From an uncultured bacterium (GTDB lineage Bacteria > JAGRBM01 > JAHCIT01), in assembly GCA_964565925.1 (NCBI GenBank), contig CAZMGV010000006.1, positions 16,176-80,175 on the forward strand: DNA of 64,000 nucleotides, written 5' to 3'. A program made the translations under genes and the position numbers. Below are positions 20,936 through 29,903 of this stretch, one piece after another. Each line of letters begins with the position of its first letter. Position 1 is the stretch's first letter. The notes beneath the pieces were generated by a model. That model made no database searches and had not been told where the DNA came from. It was given only the letters and a program-made list of their open reading frames with translations.

Positions 20936-21868
20936 GTGATAGACCCCGCTCTCATACCGGCCCTGTATGACGTTCTGACCGTTTCACGCCTGAAATCGGT
21001 GAACGCCGCGGCCCAGCGGCTTCACAAGACGCCCTCGGCGGTCAGCCAGCAGATCCGGCGCATCGAGAGCCATTTCGGGGTGGAGCTTTTCGAGAGAATC
21101 GGGCGAGGCCTGAGACTCACGGCCGAGGGCGAGGCCGCGCTCGGCCCGGTCACCCGCCTGTTCGACGAGGCCGATTCGGTGTTCGAACTGCTGTCGACGC
21201 TCGCCGGCAAGGCGGTCACCCCGGTCCGGGTCGCGGTCAGCGACTATCTCGGCAAAGCGCTGCTGATTCCGGTGCTCAAAGAACTCGCCAGCGCCCCGCT
21301 CCGGTTTGAGATCACCACGGCCCACTCGCTCGAGGCGGTCCGGCTGGTGGAAACCGGCGAGGCGGATGTGGGCGTTGTGACGACCTCCCGCTCCCGGATG
21401 GAGTTGCAGACCCGCGAGCTGTTCGTGCAGCCGTTCTTCTGGGTGGCCCCGGCACGAAAGGGCGTATCCGTCCGTATTCAGGACCGGCTCGAATCGGAGC
21501 CGGTGCTCCGGCTCGCCCCCGGCAGCGAAGGGCGGCGCATCCTTGACCAGTTGCTGGAACGTTACCGGCTGATCCCGCGGTCAACCATCGACGTACCCAG
21601 CGTCTCGCTGCTCATTTCCTACGCCGCGGGCGGCGTCGGTGTAGGTCTGGCGCCCGCCGCCGGCTTGTTTGACACCCCGCCCGGACGGGTGACACTCCTC
21701 GAAGCCGACGTGCCACCCTTCCCGGTCCGGCTGGTTATGCGGTCCAACTACCGGCCGCCGGAACCGGTCGAACTGTTTCTGGAAAAACTGACTACCGAAA
21801 GCGAACGGGCGGCGGCCCAAATTCAGACATTCAGGAAAGCGCTGGAAAAAACCGCGAGACGCAGATGA
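20936..21868 (+). CDS. LysR-family transcriptional regulator, divergent from leuCD
   Basis: HTH AAQRLHKTPSAVSQQIRRIE..FG..LFER.GR.L.LT..G; substrate-binding domain. Confidence 0.93.
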   Translation: MIDPALIPALYDVLTVSRLKSVNAAAQRLHKTPSAVSQQIRRIESHFGVELFERIGRGLRLTAEGEAALGPVTRLFDEADSVFELLSTLAGKAVTPVRVAVSDYLGKALLIPVLKELASAPLRFEITTAHSLEAVRLVETGEADVGVVTTSRSRMELQTRELFVQPFFWVAPARKGVSVRIQDRLESEPVLRLAPGSEGRRILDQLLERYRLIPRSTIDVPSVSLLISYAAGGVGVGLAPAAGLFDTPPGRVTLLEADVPPFPVRLVMRSNYRPPEPVELFLEKLTTESERAAAQIQTFRKALEKTARRR

Positions 21869-22425
21869 CCGATACCGAAAAGCCCGCTGAACCCCCACGC
21901 TCCCGGTCCCGTGTGGCACTTGAGGTTTTCATGTGGGTTGCCGTGGCGACGCTCGTTTACGTCTGGAGTCAGGGCCGCCTGGCGCCGCGAATCGAATCCG
22001 GCCAGACGGCCCCCGACTTCGAACTCGTCTCGACCCACGGACGGCGGTTCCGGCTGTCGGAGCAGCGCGGAAAGGTGGTCGTTCTCAATTTCTGGGCCAC
22101 CTGGTGTGGCCCCTGCCGGATGGAACTCCCGCATTTATCGGAACTGTACAGCGAAATGGATCCGGACGCCGTCACGTTTCTGGCCGTGGCGCTTCAGTCG
22201 AACCCCGAAGAGGTCAAGCAGTTTGAGACAGAACTGAAGCTGCCGTTTCCGGTGCTGTTCGGCGACGGCAAGGTGGACGACCTGTACGGCATCCGGGGGT
22301 TTCCGACCACGCTTATCGTCGGCGCTGACGGGCAGGTTGAAAAAATCTTCGGCGGTTACACGACTAACTGGAGCGTAAAGAAGGCTGTCGAGACGGCGCT
22401 GGCGAAGCGCAAGAAGTCAGCGTGA
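21865..22425 (+). CDS. TlpA/ResA-family thiol-disulfide oxidoreductase
   Basis: N-terminal TM, APDF, GKVVVLNFWATWCGPC, GFPTT. Confidence 0.93.
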   Translation: MTDTEKPAEPPRSRSRVALEVFMWVAVATLVYVWSQGRLAPRIESGQTAPDFELVSTHGRRFRLSEQRGKVVVLNFWATWCGPCRMELPHLSELYSEMDPDAVTFLAVALQSNPEEVKQFETELKLPFPVLFGDGKVDDLYGIRGFPTTLIVGADGQVEKIFGGYTTNWSVKKAVETALAKRKKSA

Positions 22426-22428
22426 AGG

Positions 22429-23013
22429 CTACTCCGGCGCCGGTTCCCCTTTACGGATCCGTTCCGCCTCGCTGAGCATGTTCTGGAACACGTCCGCCTG
22501 TTCTTTGGCGTCGTCCAGGGCGTTGTGGGTGTGCGGTTTCAGGCTCTGGATGCGCTTGGGCAGCCGGCTCTTCTGCGTGTCGGTCCAGGTGGCTTCCTTC
22601 TGCGTGCTGCGCAGCCCCAGCCAGAACGCCTTCGCGTCGACACAGGTGTAGCCGAACGGGCACTTCCCCAGAAAATGCATGAAATAGTAGTTCACGAACT
22701 GCCAGTCGAACGGTGCATTGAACGCGACCAGCAGCAGTTCCTGATCCTTGTCCTTGCGGTGCGCCTCCAGCCATCCGGCGAACTTCGTCATCGCCTCTTT
22801 CGGGTCCCTGCCGGTCTCCTCGAAATGCCTGAACGGGACACCGACCACTTTCATTGAATCGGGATTCGTGTTGTTGTTGATCGGCTTCAGCTCGACATAG
22901 AACTCGTCTTTGGTTTCCAGGTCCACGGCACCGATCGACAGCAGTGAATAGTCCGGCGTGAAAGTGCCGGCTGCTTCCACGTCCACGGAAATATATCGGT
23001 AGGTTTTGGCCAT
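22429..23013 (-). CDS. DEDDh 3'-5' exonuclease
   Basis: ExoI DVE, ExoII FNAPFDW, ExoIII HNALDDA. Confidence 0.9.
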   Translation of the reverse strand: MAKTYRYISVDVEAAGTFTPDYSLLSIGAVDLETKDEFYVELKPINNNTNPDSMKVVGVPFRHFEETGRDPKEAMTKFAGWLEAHRKDKDQELLLVAFNAPFDWQFVNYYFMHFLGKCPFGYTCVDAKAFWLGLRSTQKEATWTDTQKSRLPKRIQSLKPHTHNALDDAKEQADVFQNMLSEAERIRKGEPAPE

Positions 23014-23122
23014 AAGTCCGGCACGATTGGCACTGAACCGCCCTCAAGTCCAGTGACGCGCTGCTCTTCCCGTTTCGCCCTGATAAGGATACGATTGTCT
23101 CTATTCGAAGGAGCCCTTTGCC

Positions 23123-24235
23123 ATGACCGAAGCCATCGAACCCTCCAAGCCCGCATCACTCATTATCAAGGGCGTCGACATCCTCATGCATGTGGGGGCG
23201 ATGCAGACGATCGGACGCGTAGGGCGCAGACTTCCGGCCGAAGAGAAAGTCCGGCTCATCCGCAACGTGCCCTATATCAACGACGGCAGCCGTTCGCATC
23301 TCCTCGACGTATGGATCCCGGCGCCGTATCCGGGCCTCTCGCCGGTCGTCATCTACATCCACGGCGGCGGGTTTGCCGTGGGTTCCAAGGATACGCACCG
23401 GATCGCGGGTCGCCAGTTCGCCCGCCGCGGCTGCGTCACCTTCATGCTGAACTACCGGCTGGCGCCCAAATATCCGTACCCGGCGAGCCTCGAAGACGTC
23501 TGCAAGGCCGTCTGCTGGGTGTACGACCATGTGAAGCACTACGGCGGAGACCCCAACAACATCATCATCGCCGGCGAATCGGCGGGCGGTAATCTCACGA
23601 CGATGATGGCGATCGTCAACAGCTACCGCCGGCCGGAGCCGTTCGCCCGGGAGGTGTTCGATCGGAACATCCCGGTGAAGGGCGTGATCCCATGGTGCGG
23701 ATGGTACTACCTGCACCAGCAGCAGGAGCAGAAGGAGCACCCCCGGTTCAGGTATTTCGTGCCGATTGTCCGGTACCTGGCGAGCATCTACGTGAATCTG
23801 CCGCCTGAAACCGACCGGTTGAGCGATGATCCGCTCACACATCCGCTGGAAATCCTCAAGGGACGCCGGGAACCGGACCGGCCGCTCCCGCCGTTTTTCA
23901 TTCCCATCGGAACGAACGATCCGCTCTTCTACGACTCCAAGGCACTCAAGGACGTGCTCACGGAAAAAGACGTGAAGGTGAAGTGGAAAGTGTATTCCGG
24001 CCAGCACCACGGCTTCCATGTGATGCCGTTCATGCCGAAGTTCCGCGAATGCTGGCACGACGTCAGCGACTTCCTGGACGAGACCGGGGTTCGCGACGCG
24101 CTGCACGCCGACGCCGCCCAGTCGGCGAAAGCCTCGGCGCACGGATCCGCGACGCCCAGCCGCAAGGTCAAACGGCCTTCCGGCAAATCGCGCCGCACCG
24201 ACAGGGGCGTGGGCGGATTCGCCTCGCCCACGTGA
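23123..24235 (+). CDS. Alpha/beta hydrolase (HSL/Aes-like esterase)
   Basis: HGGGF, NYRLAP, GESAGG nucleophile elbow, D and H(GF) triad candidates. Confidence 0.93.
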   Translation: MTEAIEPSKPASLIIKGVDILMHVGAMQTIGRVGRRLPAEEKVRLIRNVPYINDGSRSHLLDVWIPAPYPGLSPVVIYIHGGGFAVGSKDTHRIAGRQFARRGCVTFMLNYRLAPKYPYPASLEDVCKAVCWVYDHVKHYGGDPNNIIIAGESAGGNLTTMMAIVNSYRRPEPFAREVFDRNIPVKGVIPWCGWYYLHQQQEQKEHPRFRYFVPIVRYLASIYVNLPPETDRLSDDPLTHPLEILKGRREPDRPLPPFFIPIGTNDPLFYDSKALKDVLTEKDVKVKWKVYSGQHHGFHVMPFMPKFRECWHDVSDFLDETGVRDALHADAAQSAKASAHGSATPSRKVKRPSGKSRRTDRGVGGFASPT

Positions 24236-24242
24236 GCGGCTG

Positions 24243-24983
24243 CTAGTTTTTCATCCGGAGTTCCAGGCCGAAATTGAACCGCCAGCCGGAAAGGTCAAGG
24301 CCTTTTCCGCCGAAACTGTCGATCCAGGCATACTGGGCGGAACCGAAGAAATAGGCGTTCTCGATGCCGTCCGCCCGCAGCGACCGCTTGGCCTTGGAAT
24401 CGATGTCGATCACGTCGAGCATCAGGCCGCCGCCGCCGAACAGGCCGCCCTTTACGCCGGTCACCGAACCTGACGACACCTGTCCGTAGTTGTCATGAAA
24501 TATCCAGAGAGCCGGTCCGCCTTCGACGTATGGAATCAGGATCTGGTCGCGCATGAACTGCCCTCGGAGCCTGAGCGAGGTCTCGATCGGAATCAGGAAC
24601 AGCTCTTCCTTGTTCAGGGTCCGGACCGTCGGATGCGAACCCGGCGCGCCGACCGGGATACCGTCGGGCTGCTTCGTCGCCCACGTGTTCGCCGAAGGCT
24701 TGCCGAAACCAATCGTAAGTATGTTGTCGACGAGCGGCGCCGGATTCCAGCCCACCCGCAGGCGCCCGAGGTTCGTGTTCTTTCCGAAGAAATCGTTAAA
24801 ATTCCTGTCCGATGTGCGCATCCATTCGTAATCGCCACCCAGCCAGTAGAACGATTTGGGTTCGATAGTCTTCTTTTCCAGAAGCGATGACTGGGCGCTG
24901 GCGGATGCCGCCAGGACCAGCGTCCACAGGAGCGACACGCCCATGACCAGAGCGGATTTCCGGATTTGACGGATAACAGTCAC
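24243..24983 (-). CDS. Outer-membrane beta-barrel protein (resembles MXAN_2562-type)
   Basis: Signal peptide, alternating amphipathic strands, C-terminal WRFNFGLELRM; overlaps the stop of the upstream surface-protein gene. Confidence 0.7.
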   Translation of the reverse strand: MTVIRQIRKSALVMGVSLLWTLVLAASASAQSSLLEKKTIEPKSFYWLGGDYEWMRTSDRNFNDFFGKNTNLGRLRVGWNPAPLVDNILTIGFGKPSANTWATKQPDGIPVGAPGSHPTVRTLNKEELFLIPIETSLRLRGQFMRDQILIPYVEGGPALWIFHDNYGQVSSGSVTGVKGGLFGGGGLMLDVIDIDSKAKRSLRADGIENAYFFGSAQYAWIDSFGGKGLDLSGWRFNFGLELRMKN

Positions 24984-27253
24984 GCCCGGCGCCGCCTCCG
25001 AATGCGGAATATCAGCGCTGAAACCAGAACCAGTCCCGTGAAACCGGCCAGATCCCGCCAGGTGCCTGGCGAACCGCCGCCCATCTGGCAGCCGTTTTCG
25101 CCGATAATGTCAAACAGTCCGACACCCGCATCCGGTTCGCCCTCGCCCCGGACCCCCGCAATCGAGCGGTTTCCGGCTATATCGAGAGAATAGATATCGA
25201 AAGTGTAGGTCACCAGATTCTCCAGCCCGTCGAGTGAAATGCCGGACTGGGCAGCACTATCCACGCTGACGGTCTTCGAGACGGGGATAAACTGGTTCGG
25301 TGTCGTGGCATTGGTCGTAACTGCCGGTCCGCCGTCGGCAGGAGTCACCACCTGCCGTTCGAGATCGCCCGGATTTGGAAAGTCGGCGGCGAAATTCTCG
25401 ACGACCGAGCCATCGTCCTTTTCGTTGCGGGTCTGGAGAAACACCACGCGGTATCCGCCAATCCCGGAGGACACCCCTGTGGTTTCGTCCGTCGGATCGG
25501 TTCCCGGCGTCAGACTGATCTGAAGACGCTTGTCATCGGCGCCGACGGAATGAATCGCCGGCGGATCCGGGCGCAGGGAATCCACCGGCAGGCGGATCAG
25601 GCGCCGGCCGAAATTTCCGTCCGCATCCCGCGCCTGCACGACCACCTGGACGATTTCGTTCGTATCCGGAGCGACAACACCCGCTCCGATCAGTTCGTTG
25701 ATGGTCGTCGTAAACCCCGGGGTCGTGCCGGTGACCGGAACGGAACCGGCCAGATCTACGAACGGAAGCGTATCGTCGATGCGGGCCTGTCCCTTGACGG
25801 CGGCAGTGCTTTCATCGGAAGTGACCTTGAGCGCCGCGGACGTGACCGCCGTATCGTCCGGACTGGTAAAGATGCCGGACAGGGCGGACGGTGTGGCCGC
25901 GCCGCTCGAAAACCAGGGATTGCTCGTAAAGACCGAGACGACGTTGCTGCCGTTCGCCGCTCCATAGTTGGGCACGAACAGGTATCCGGCATCGAAGGCC
26001 AGCTGCATCGGCGTGCCCGTGGGCGATACGGTCGTGCTGGATCCCGGCGACCCGGTGATGGAATAGGCGACATTGTTTCCCGTCGCCGACGCGGAGGCCG
26101 TGGACGTCGAGATCGTGCAGTCCGGTACCGTCGACGTCGAACTGGTATCCATGCTGTTAACGTCGATCATTTCCACTATAGCGCCGCCCGAGGTGTTGTT
26201 CAGAACGGCCAGGAACGACCGTTCGGCGGTCGAAGTATCCTGAAAACCGGTCGCTGCCATGGCGATCCCCGGCGACGGGGAGAGCGGTATCGCACTGACA
26301 TTGACCGCCGCCACCTGGCACAGAGGGCTGATGATCGGACTTGTCGCCGAATCGAACACCGAATCGTTCGTATCGAGTCCGACGACCTGCCGGCCCAGAT
26401 CGTCCACATAGAACAGGACATCCGCATAGTGCGGATGGGGCACGAGAATACGGCCCCGGCTGCTCGACCCGGCGGCTATGTTCCGGTTTACGGTCGTGCC
26501 GTTGTCATCGAGCCGCGTCACCGTGTGCGCCTCGCAGCCGATGTAGGTATAAATTCCCTGCCGGACAATCGAGAGCGGCGCTGTCGTCGCGCCGGAGGCC
26601 GAGGCGCTCGTGTTGCCGCAGACCAGCACGTCGTTCGTGGCGGTGCGGGTACCGGCAGTAAACGCCACCCGGGCGAACAGATCGGCGTTGATGTTGATCT
26701 TCGACACCGTCCCCTCGAGGTTCAGAACCCACAGGTTCGTATTGAACAGCACCAGTCCGACCGGACGGGGCGTCGAGGTGGTTCCGAATTTTCCGCCGGA
26801 GCCCGGGGAGAGCTGCTCCAGCACTTCCGGCTTGCCGTCAGCTGTATCCAGCTGCAGGACCGTGATCTTGTTGTTGCCGAAATTCGCGATGTACGCCCGG
26901 GTCGCACCCACCGCGATGGCGATCGGATCCGAAAAATCAGACGAGGTGCCGACCACTTCGGTGTTGCCGGATTTGGCCCACTCATAGGTATCGAAAATAT
27001 GGACCGCACCCGGACTGCCCCTGAACAGGGCAATCGCCCACCGGGAACCCGGAATCTGCGCAACGGCCCAGGCGCTGCTCAGGTTGACCGTGGACGACAG
27101 GAACGCCTTTTCGCTATTGGGCTCGGCCAGAGCTCCAAGCGGGATCAGGCCCAGCAGAAGGAGCGCCAGCGACACAATCAGGGCCCGGCGGTGCGTTATG
27201 AAAGTAAAATACTTCAATCGGTCACAAACTAGCGGTCCCACAGCCTTTTTCAA
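24980..27253 (-). CDS. Large secreted beta-rich surface protein with MYXO-CTERM-like C-terminal sorting signal
   Basis: Signal peptide ending ALA-EP; propeller-like repeats (AYIANFGNNKITV; YLFVPNYG..VVSVF); FN3-like C-terminus; ends GCQMGG...TM...RIRRRRRA. Confidence 0.8.
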   Translation of the reverse strand: MKKAVGPLVCDRLKYFTFITHRRALIVSLALLLLGLIPLGALAEPNSEKAFLSSTVNLSSAWAVAQIPGSRWAIALFRGSPGAVHIFDTYEWAKSGNTEVVGTSSDFSDPIAIAVGATRAYIANFGNNKITVLQLDTADGKPEVLEQLSPGSGGKFGTTSTPRPVGLVLFNTNLWVLNLEGTVSKININADLFARVAFTAGTRTATNDVLVCGNTSASASGATTAPLSIVRQGIYTYIGCEAHTVTRLDDNGTTVNRNIAAGSSSRGRILVPHPHYADVLFYVDDLGRQVVGLDTNDSVFDSATSPIISPLCQVAAVNVSAIPLSPSPGIAMAATGFQDTSTAERSFLAVLNNTSGGAIVEMIDVNSMDTSSTSTVPDCTISTSTASASATGNNVAYSITGSPGSSTTVSPTGTPMQLAFDAGYLFVPNYGAANGSNVVSVFTSNPWFSSGAATPSALSGIFTSPDDTAVTSAALKVTSDESTAAVKGQARIDDTLPFVDLAGSVPVTGTTPGFTTTINELIGAGVVAPDTNEIVQVVVQARDADGNFGRRLIRLPVDSLRPDPPAIHSVGADDKRLQISLTPGTDPTDETTGVSSGIGGYRVVFLQTRNEKDDGSVVENFAADFPNPGDLERQVVTPADGGPAVTTNATTPNQFIPVSKTVSVDSAAQSGISLDGLENLVTYTFDIYSLDIAGNRSIAGVRGEGEPDAGVGLFDIIGENGCQMGGGSPGTWRDLAGFTGLVLVSALIFRIRRRRRA

Positions 27254-27280
27254 ACGGTCAGATTACCCATGTATGGGTTT

Positions 27281-27349
27281 TCATTTGTCCTTCACAGAGG
27301 TTTCAACCCTCTGCGGCACTATCGGGGCGTTCTGACTGTTCATCTTCAT
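27281..27349 (-). CDS. Putative 22-aa small ORF (MKMNSQNAPIVPQRVETSVKDK)
   Basis: GGAGGAGG directly upstream of the ATG; stop 28 nt before the surface-protein start; below the track cut-off. Confidence 0.35.
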   Translation of the reverse strand: MKMNSQNAPIVPQRVETSVKDK

Positions 27350-27366
27350 TGTCCTCCTCCAAACGT

Positions 27367-27405
27367 AAAAGTTCCTCCGCCCTTCCCGGCGGAGGAACTT
27401 TTTTT
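27367..27405. terminator. Strong intrinsic terminator, 15-bp perfect stem
   Basis: AAAAGTTCCTCCGCC-CTTCCC-GGCGGAGGAACTTTT; T7 tail on + strand, T4 tail on - strand. Confidence 0.85.
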
Positions 27406-27432
27406 GGTCCGGTTTCCACTGATCGAGTTTCT

Positions 27433-28116
27433 TCAGGAACGTTTTCCGGGGATTTTCCGTCCAAGGAGTTTCTGGACCGGAGCCGCCGGGCCGAAAATTC
27501 CACCAAGAGTTTCAGCGGCCGCTTTCCAGTCGCCCGCAACAATCTGCTGTTCCAGACGGCTTCTGACCAGTTTGCGGAATTTACCGGCATTTCCCTCGGA
27601 CTCTTCGCCTCTGGAAAGCTGCCACTCCCGGACCCGGTCCAGCACGGCCGCGTAGTGCTCAAAACCTTCGGGAAGCAGCGTTTCCGCCCGCTCCCGGAGC
27701 AGCCTGGCAAGGGCCGGTGATGCGCCGCCCGTGGAAAGCGCGATCTGGAGAGAACCGCGGACCAGCGACGCAGGCACATGGAAATCGCTTGTCTCAGGAT
27801 CCGTCACACTCTGTGCGGGGATTTTTTTCCGGGCGGCCTCTTTCAGTATCCGTCGGTTCACCAGACGATCATTGGTGCAGGCGAAGGCGATCGCCGATCC
27901 GGTGAGGTCCGCACCGCGGTAGGTCCCTTTGCGCCAGACCAGTTTTTTCTGCGTCGCGAGTTTACCGAGATTTGGCGTTAACGTGGGCGACACCAGTCGG
28001 ATCCGGGCACCGGCTTTGAGAAGGGTGCCGGCTTTTCGCTCGGCCACCGCTCCACCGCCCGCAATGAAAGCGGTCTTTCCGGAGAGGTTAAGAAACACGG
28101 GATAGAGCACCGGCAT
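27433..28116 (-). CDS. Precorrin-2 dehydrogenase/sirohydrochlorin ferrochelatase (CysG N-terminal/SirC-like)
   Basis: YPVFLNL.GK, GGG.VAERK, DFHVPA, IALSTGGASP.LAR. Confidence 0.92.
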   Translation of the reverse strand: MPVLYPVFLNLSGKTAFIAGGGAVAERKAGTLLKAGARIRLVSPTLTPNLGKLATQKKLVWRKGTYRGADLTGSAIAFACTNDRLVNRRILKEAARKKIPAQSVTDPETSDFHVPASLVRGSLQIALSTGGASPALARLLRERAETLLPEGFEHYAAVLDRVREWQLSRGEESEGNAGKFRKLVRSRLEQQIVAGDWKAAAETLGGIFGPAAPVQKLLGRKIPGKRS

Positions 28117-28409
28117 TTGTCTCCACAGCGGGGATGTCGCTGGTTGTCAACGATTGGCGACACCCGATAGTTACTGCCGGTTTACAGTTCATCGTTTACG
28201 ACGCAAACGGACGTAAGCGGCAACTGCTCCGGCAAGCACCAGCTTAACTTAATGATATTACAGAAGAAATCCCGTCCTATAACGTGATTTCGACTAACCA
28301 GGTCCAGGCTGGCATACCGGCTGCAGTTACTCCTGCAGCTCCGAAACCTGCGTTCCTTAATGTTCTGGGCTCTGCCGCCGGTTTCGAGATCGCAAGGGAG
28401 AAGTGCTTT

Positions 28410-28628
28410 ATGACCGGAACCCTGACGCTAAACGAACCGCTGCGCCATGCCGCCCTCCAGGTGCTCACCGGGCGGGATACCCATCACACGCAACGCACCA
28501 TTCGCGACGCCCAGCCCAGTGTGGAAAACCTCCGGGCAAAGGACCCCGTCACCTACCAGCTGGTGAAAAAGGCGATCATCGAAATGATCCGCCGGAACGT
28601 GAAGCCCAAGCGGCTGCGTTCGAACTGA
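28410..28628 (+). CDS. Small hypothetical protein (72 aa)
   Basis: GGGAG RBS before ATG 28410, genome-typical codons, followed by a terminator; the track extends it to 28284. Confidence 0.55.
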   Translation: MTGTLTLNEPLRHAALQVLTGRDTHHTQRTIRDAQPSVENLRAKDPVTYQLVKKAIIEMIRRNVKPKRLRSN

Positions 28629-28685
28629 CAGATTACAAAGTCCCTGTTCTTCCTTTTTCTTCCTCATTCCTCTCCTTCAACGGCT

Positions 28686-28715
28686 GACGCCCCGGTCCAT
28701 ACGGACCGGGGCGTC
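28686..28715. terminator. Intrinsic terminator
   Basis: GACGCCCCGGTCC-ATAC-GGACCGGGGCGTC, 13-bp perfect stem, then GGTTTTT. Confidence 0.8.
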
Positions 28716-28751
28716 GGTTTTTCGGGACGGAGACCGGTAAAGACCGGCTGT

Positions 28752-29645
28752 TCAGGCGGCCAGTACGTTCTGAACCGTTTCGGCCGCGGCCGAGAGGAAC
28801 CGGTCCGCCCGTTTCGCAAACAGCTTGCGGAACTGCTTCTGGCGCAGCTCCCGTGTGCGTAGCCCGTAGCTGATCAACTTTTCGGTCTCAGCCTTCACCA
28901 GCGCGTGACATTTCTGCACGATCTCGCGGTTTTCGGCCGCTTCGGGACCGTAATCTAGATGAATCGGCCACCCGATGTGGTACGTCAGCTTGCGGGGGAT
29001 CGGAAGCGGCCCCAGACCCATGAACATCGGTATAGCGTATTTTTCATTGCCGTATTTTTCGGCCGCATACCTGCCGAACGGCGTTTTCAGCATCGTCTCG
29101 TGGGTGATCGGCTGGAAGAAAAGATCATCGATGCCGATACAGGCCACGGGAATAATCGGTTTCTGCGCTCGGAGCGCCACCTTGATGAACCCGTAATGGC
29201 CGTCCCAGCGAAGCTGGTACTTCTCTTTCGTGGTCCGGATCGTCTCTTTCGTGCCGCCCGGATAGACGAGCACGAGCTTGTCTTTCTTCAGAAGATTCAC
29301 GGCCTGATTCGATTCGCCTTCCAGGATTCCGTACCGCGCCACCGACAGCCGGTAGCCGGGAATCTGGAATATCACCCGGTCGGCCAGGGCCCGGACAAAC
29401 CGGTGCTTCTGGTCCCAGATCTCCTTGAGCAGGAACGGCGCGTCCATGCCGAACGGTCCGTGATTGCCGACGATCAGCGCGCCGCCGGTTTCCGGGATAT
29501 TGTCGAGACCTTCGGCCGACACGCGGAAATACCGCTTGCCGATCCCCAGATCGCGCATGGCGCTCTTGAAATCGGACATGTCGATCTTCTCGACGAAGCC
29601 GTGCTTGTTACCGTAAAGTTGCGGGAATACCTGTTCTAACCGCAT
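28752..29645 (-). CDS. Lysophospholipid/diacylglycerol acyltransferase family protein
   Basis: ALIVGNH....D (HX4D), LVYPGG..E, GFIKVAL....PIIPVA. Confidence 0.9.
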   Translation of the reverse strand: MRLEQVFPQLYGNKHGFVEKIDMSDFKSAMRDLGIGKRYFRVSAEGLDNIPETGGALIVGNHGPFGMDAPFLLKEIWDQKHRFVRALADRVIFQIPGYRLSVARYGILEGESNQAVNLLKKDKLVLVYPGGTKETIRTTKEKYQLRWDGHYGFIKVALRAQKPIIPVACIGIDDLFFQPITHETMLKTPFGRYAAEKYGNEKYAIPMFMGLGPLPIPRKLTYHIGWPIHLDYGPEAAENREIVQKCHALVKAETEKLISYGLRTRELRQKQFRKLFAKRADRFLSAAAETVQNVLAA

Positions 29646-29903
29646 GATGCCTCCTTCAGTTTGAAGTGAAGCTCTTTGCGCTGTTCAGAGCGAAAGGCTT
29701 GATTGTCGTGCCGCAGGTGCTTCCCTTATGCAGTCCCGTCCGCCGAAGCAGTCCAGGCATCAGGAAACCCCTGCCCGGCTCAATTGTGCCGTCTCCGTTT
29801 GCGAGTTGCAAATGATGAAAATCACCCCCGGCGCGACAGCCGTTTTCTATGATCCGGCGCCGGTACGACTAGGATACGGTCGAGATAATGGAGCGTGAAA
29901 GCT

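Noticed and set aside
25550-27232. 560-aa + strand ORF and the other long antisense ORFs in the track (e.g. 3367-4665, 14409-16034, 43771-45168, 47530-49041, 55193-57025)
   Set aside because: They lie opposite well-supported genes, have Arg/Gly-rich shadow-frame composition typical of high-GC DNA, and show no motifs.
28190-28250. c-di-GMP-I (GEMM) riboswitch suggested by GACGCAAA
   Set aside because: The GGCAAAC-GNRA P2 arm and tetraloop-receptor context are missing.
29646-29903. Riboswitch in the acyltransferase/GST divergent gap
   Set aside because: Only short palindromes (CGGCTCAATTGTGCCG, TTTGC-N5-GCAAA); I could not match any known aptamer consensus.
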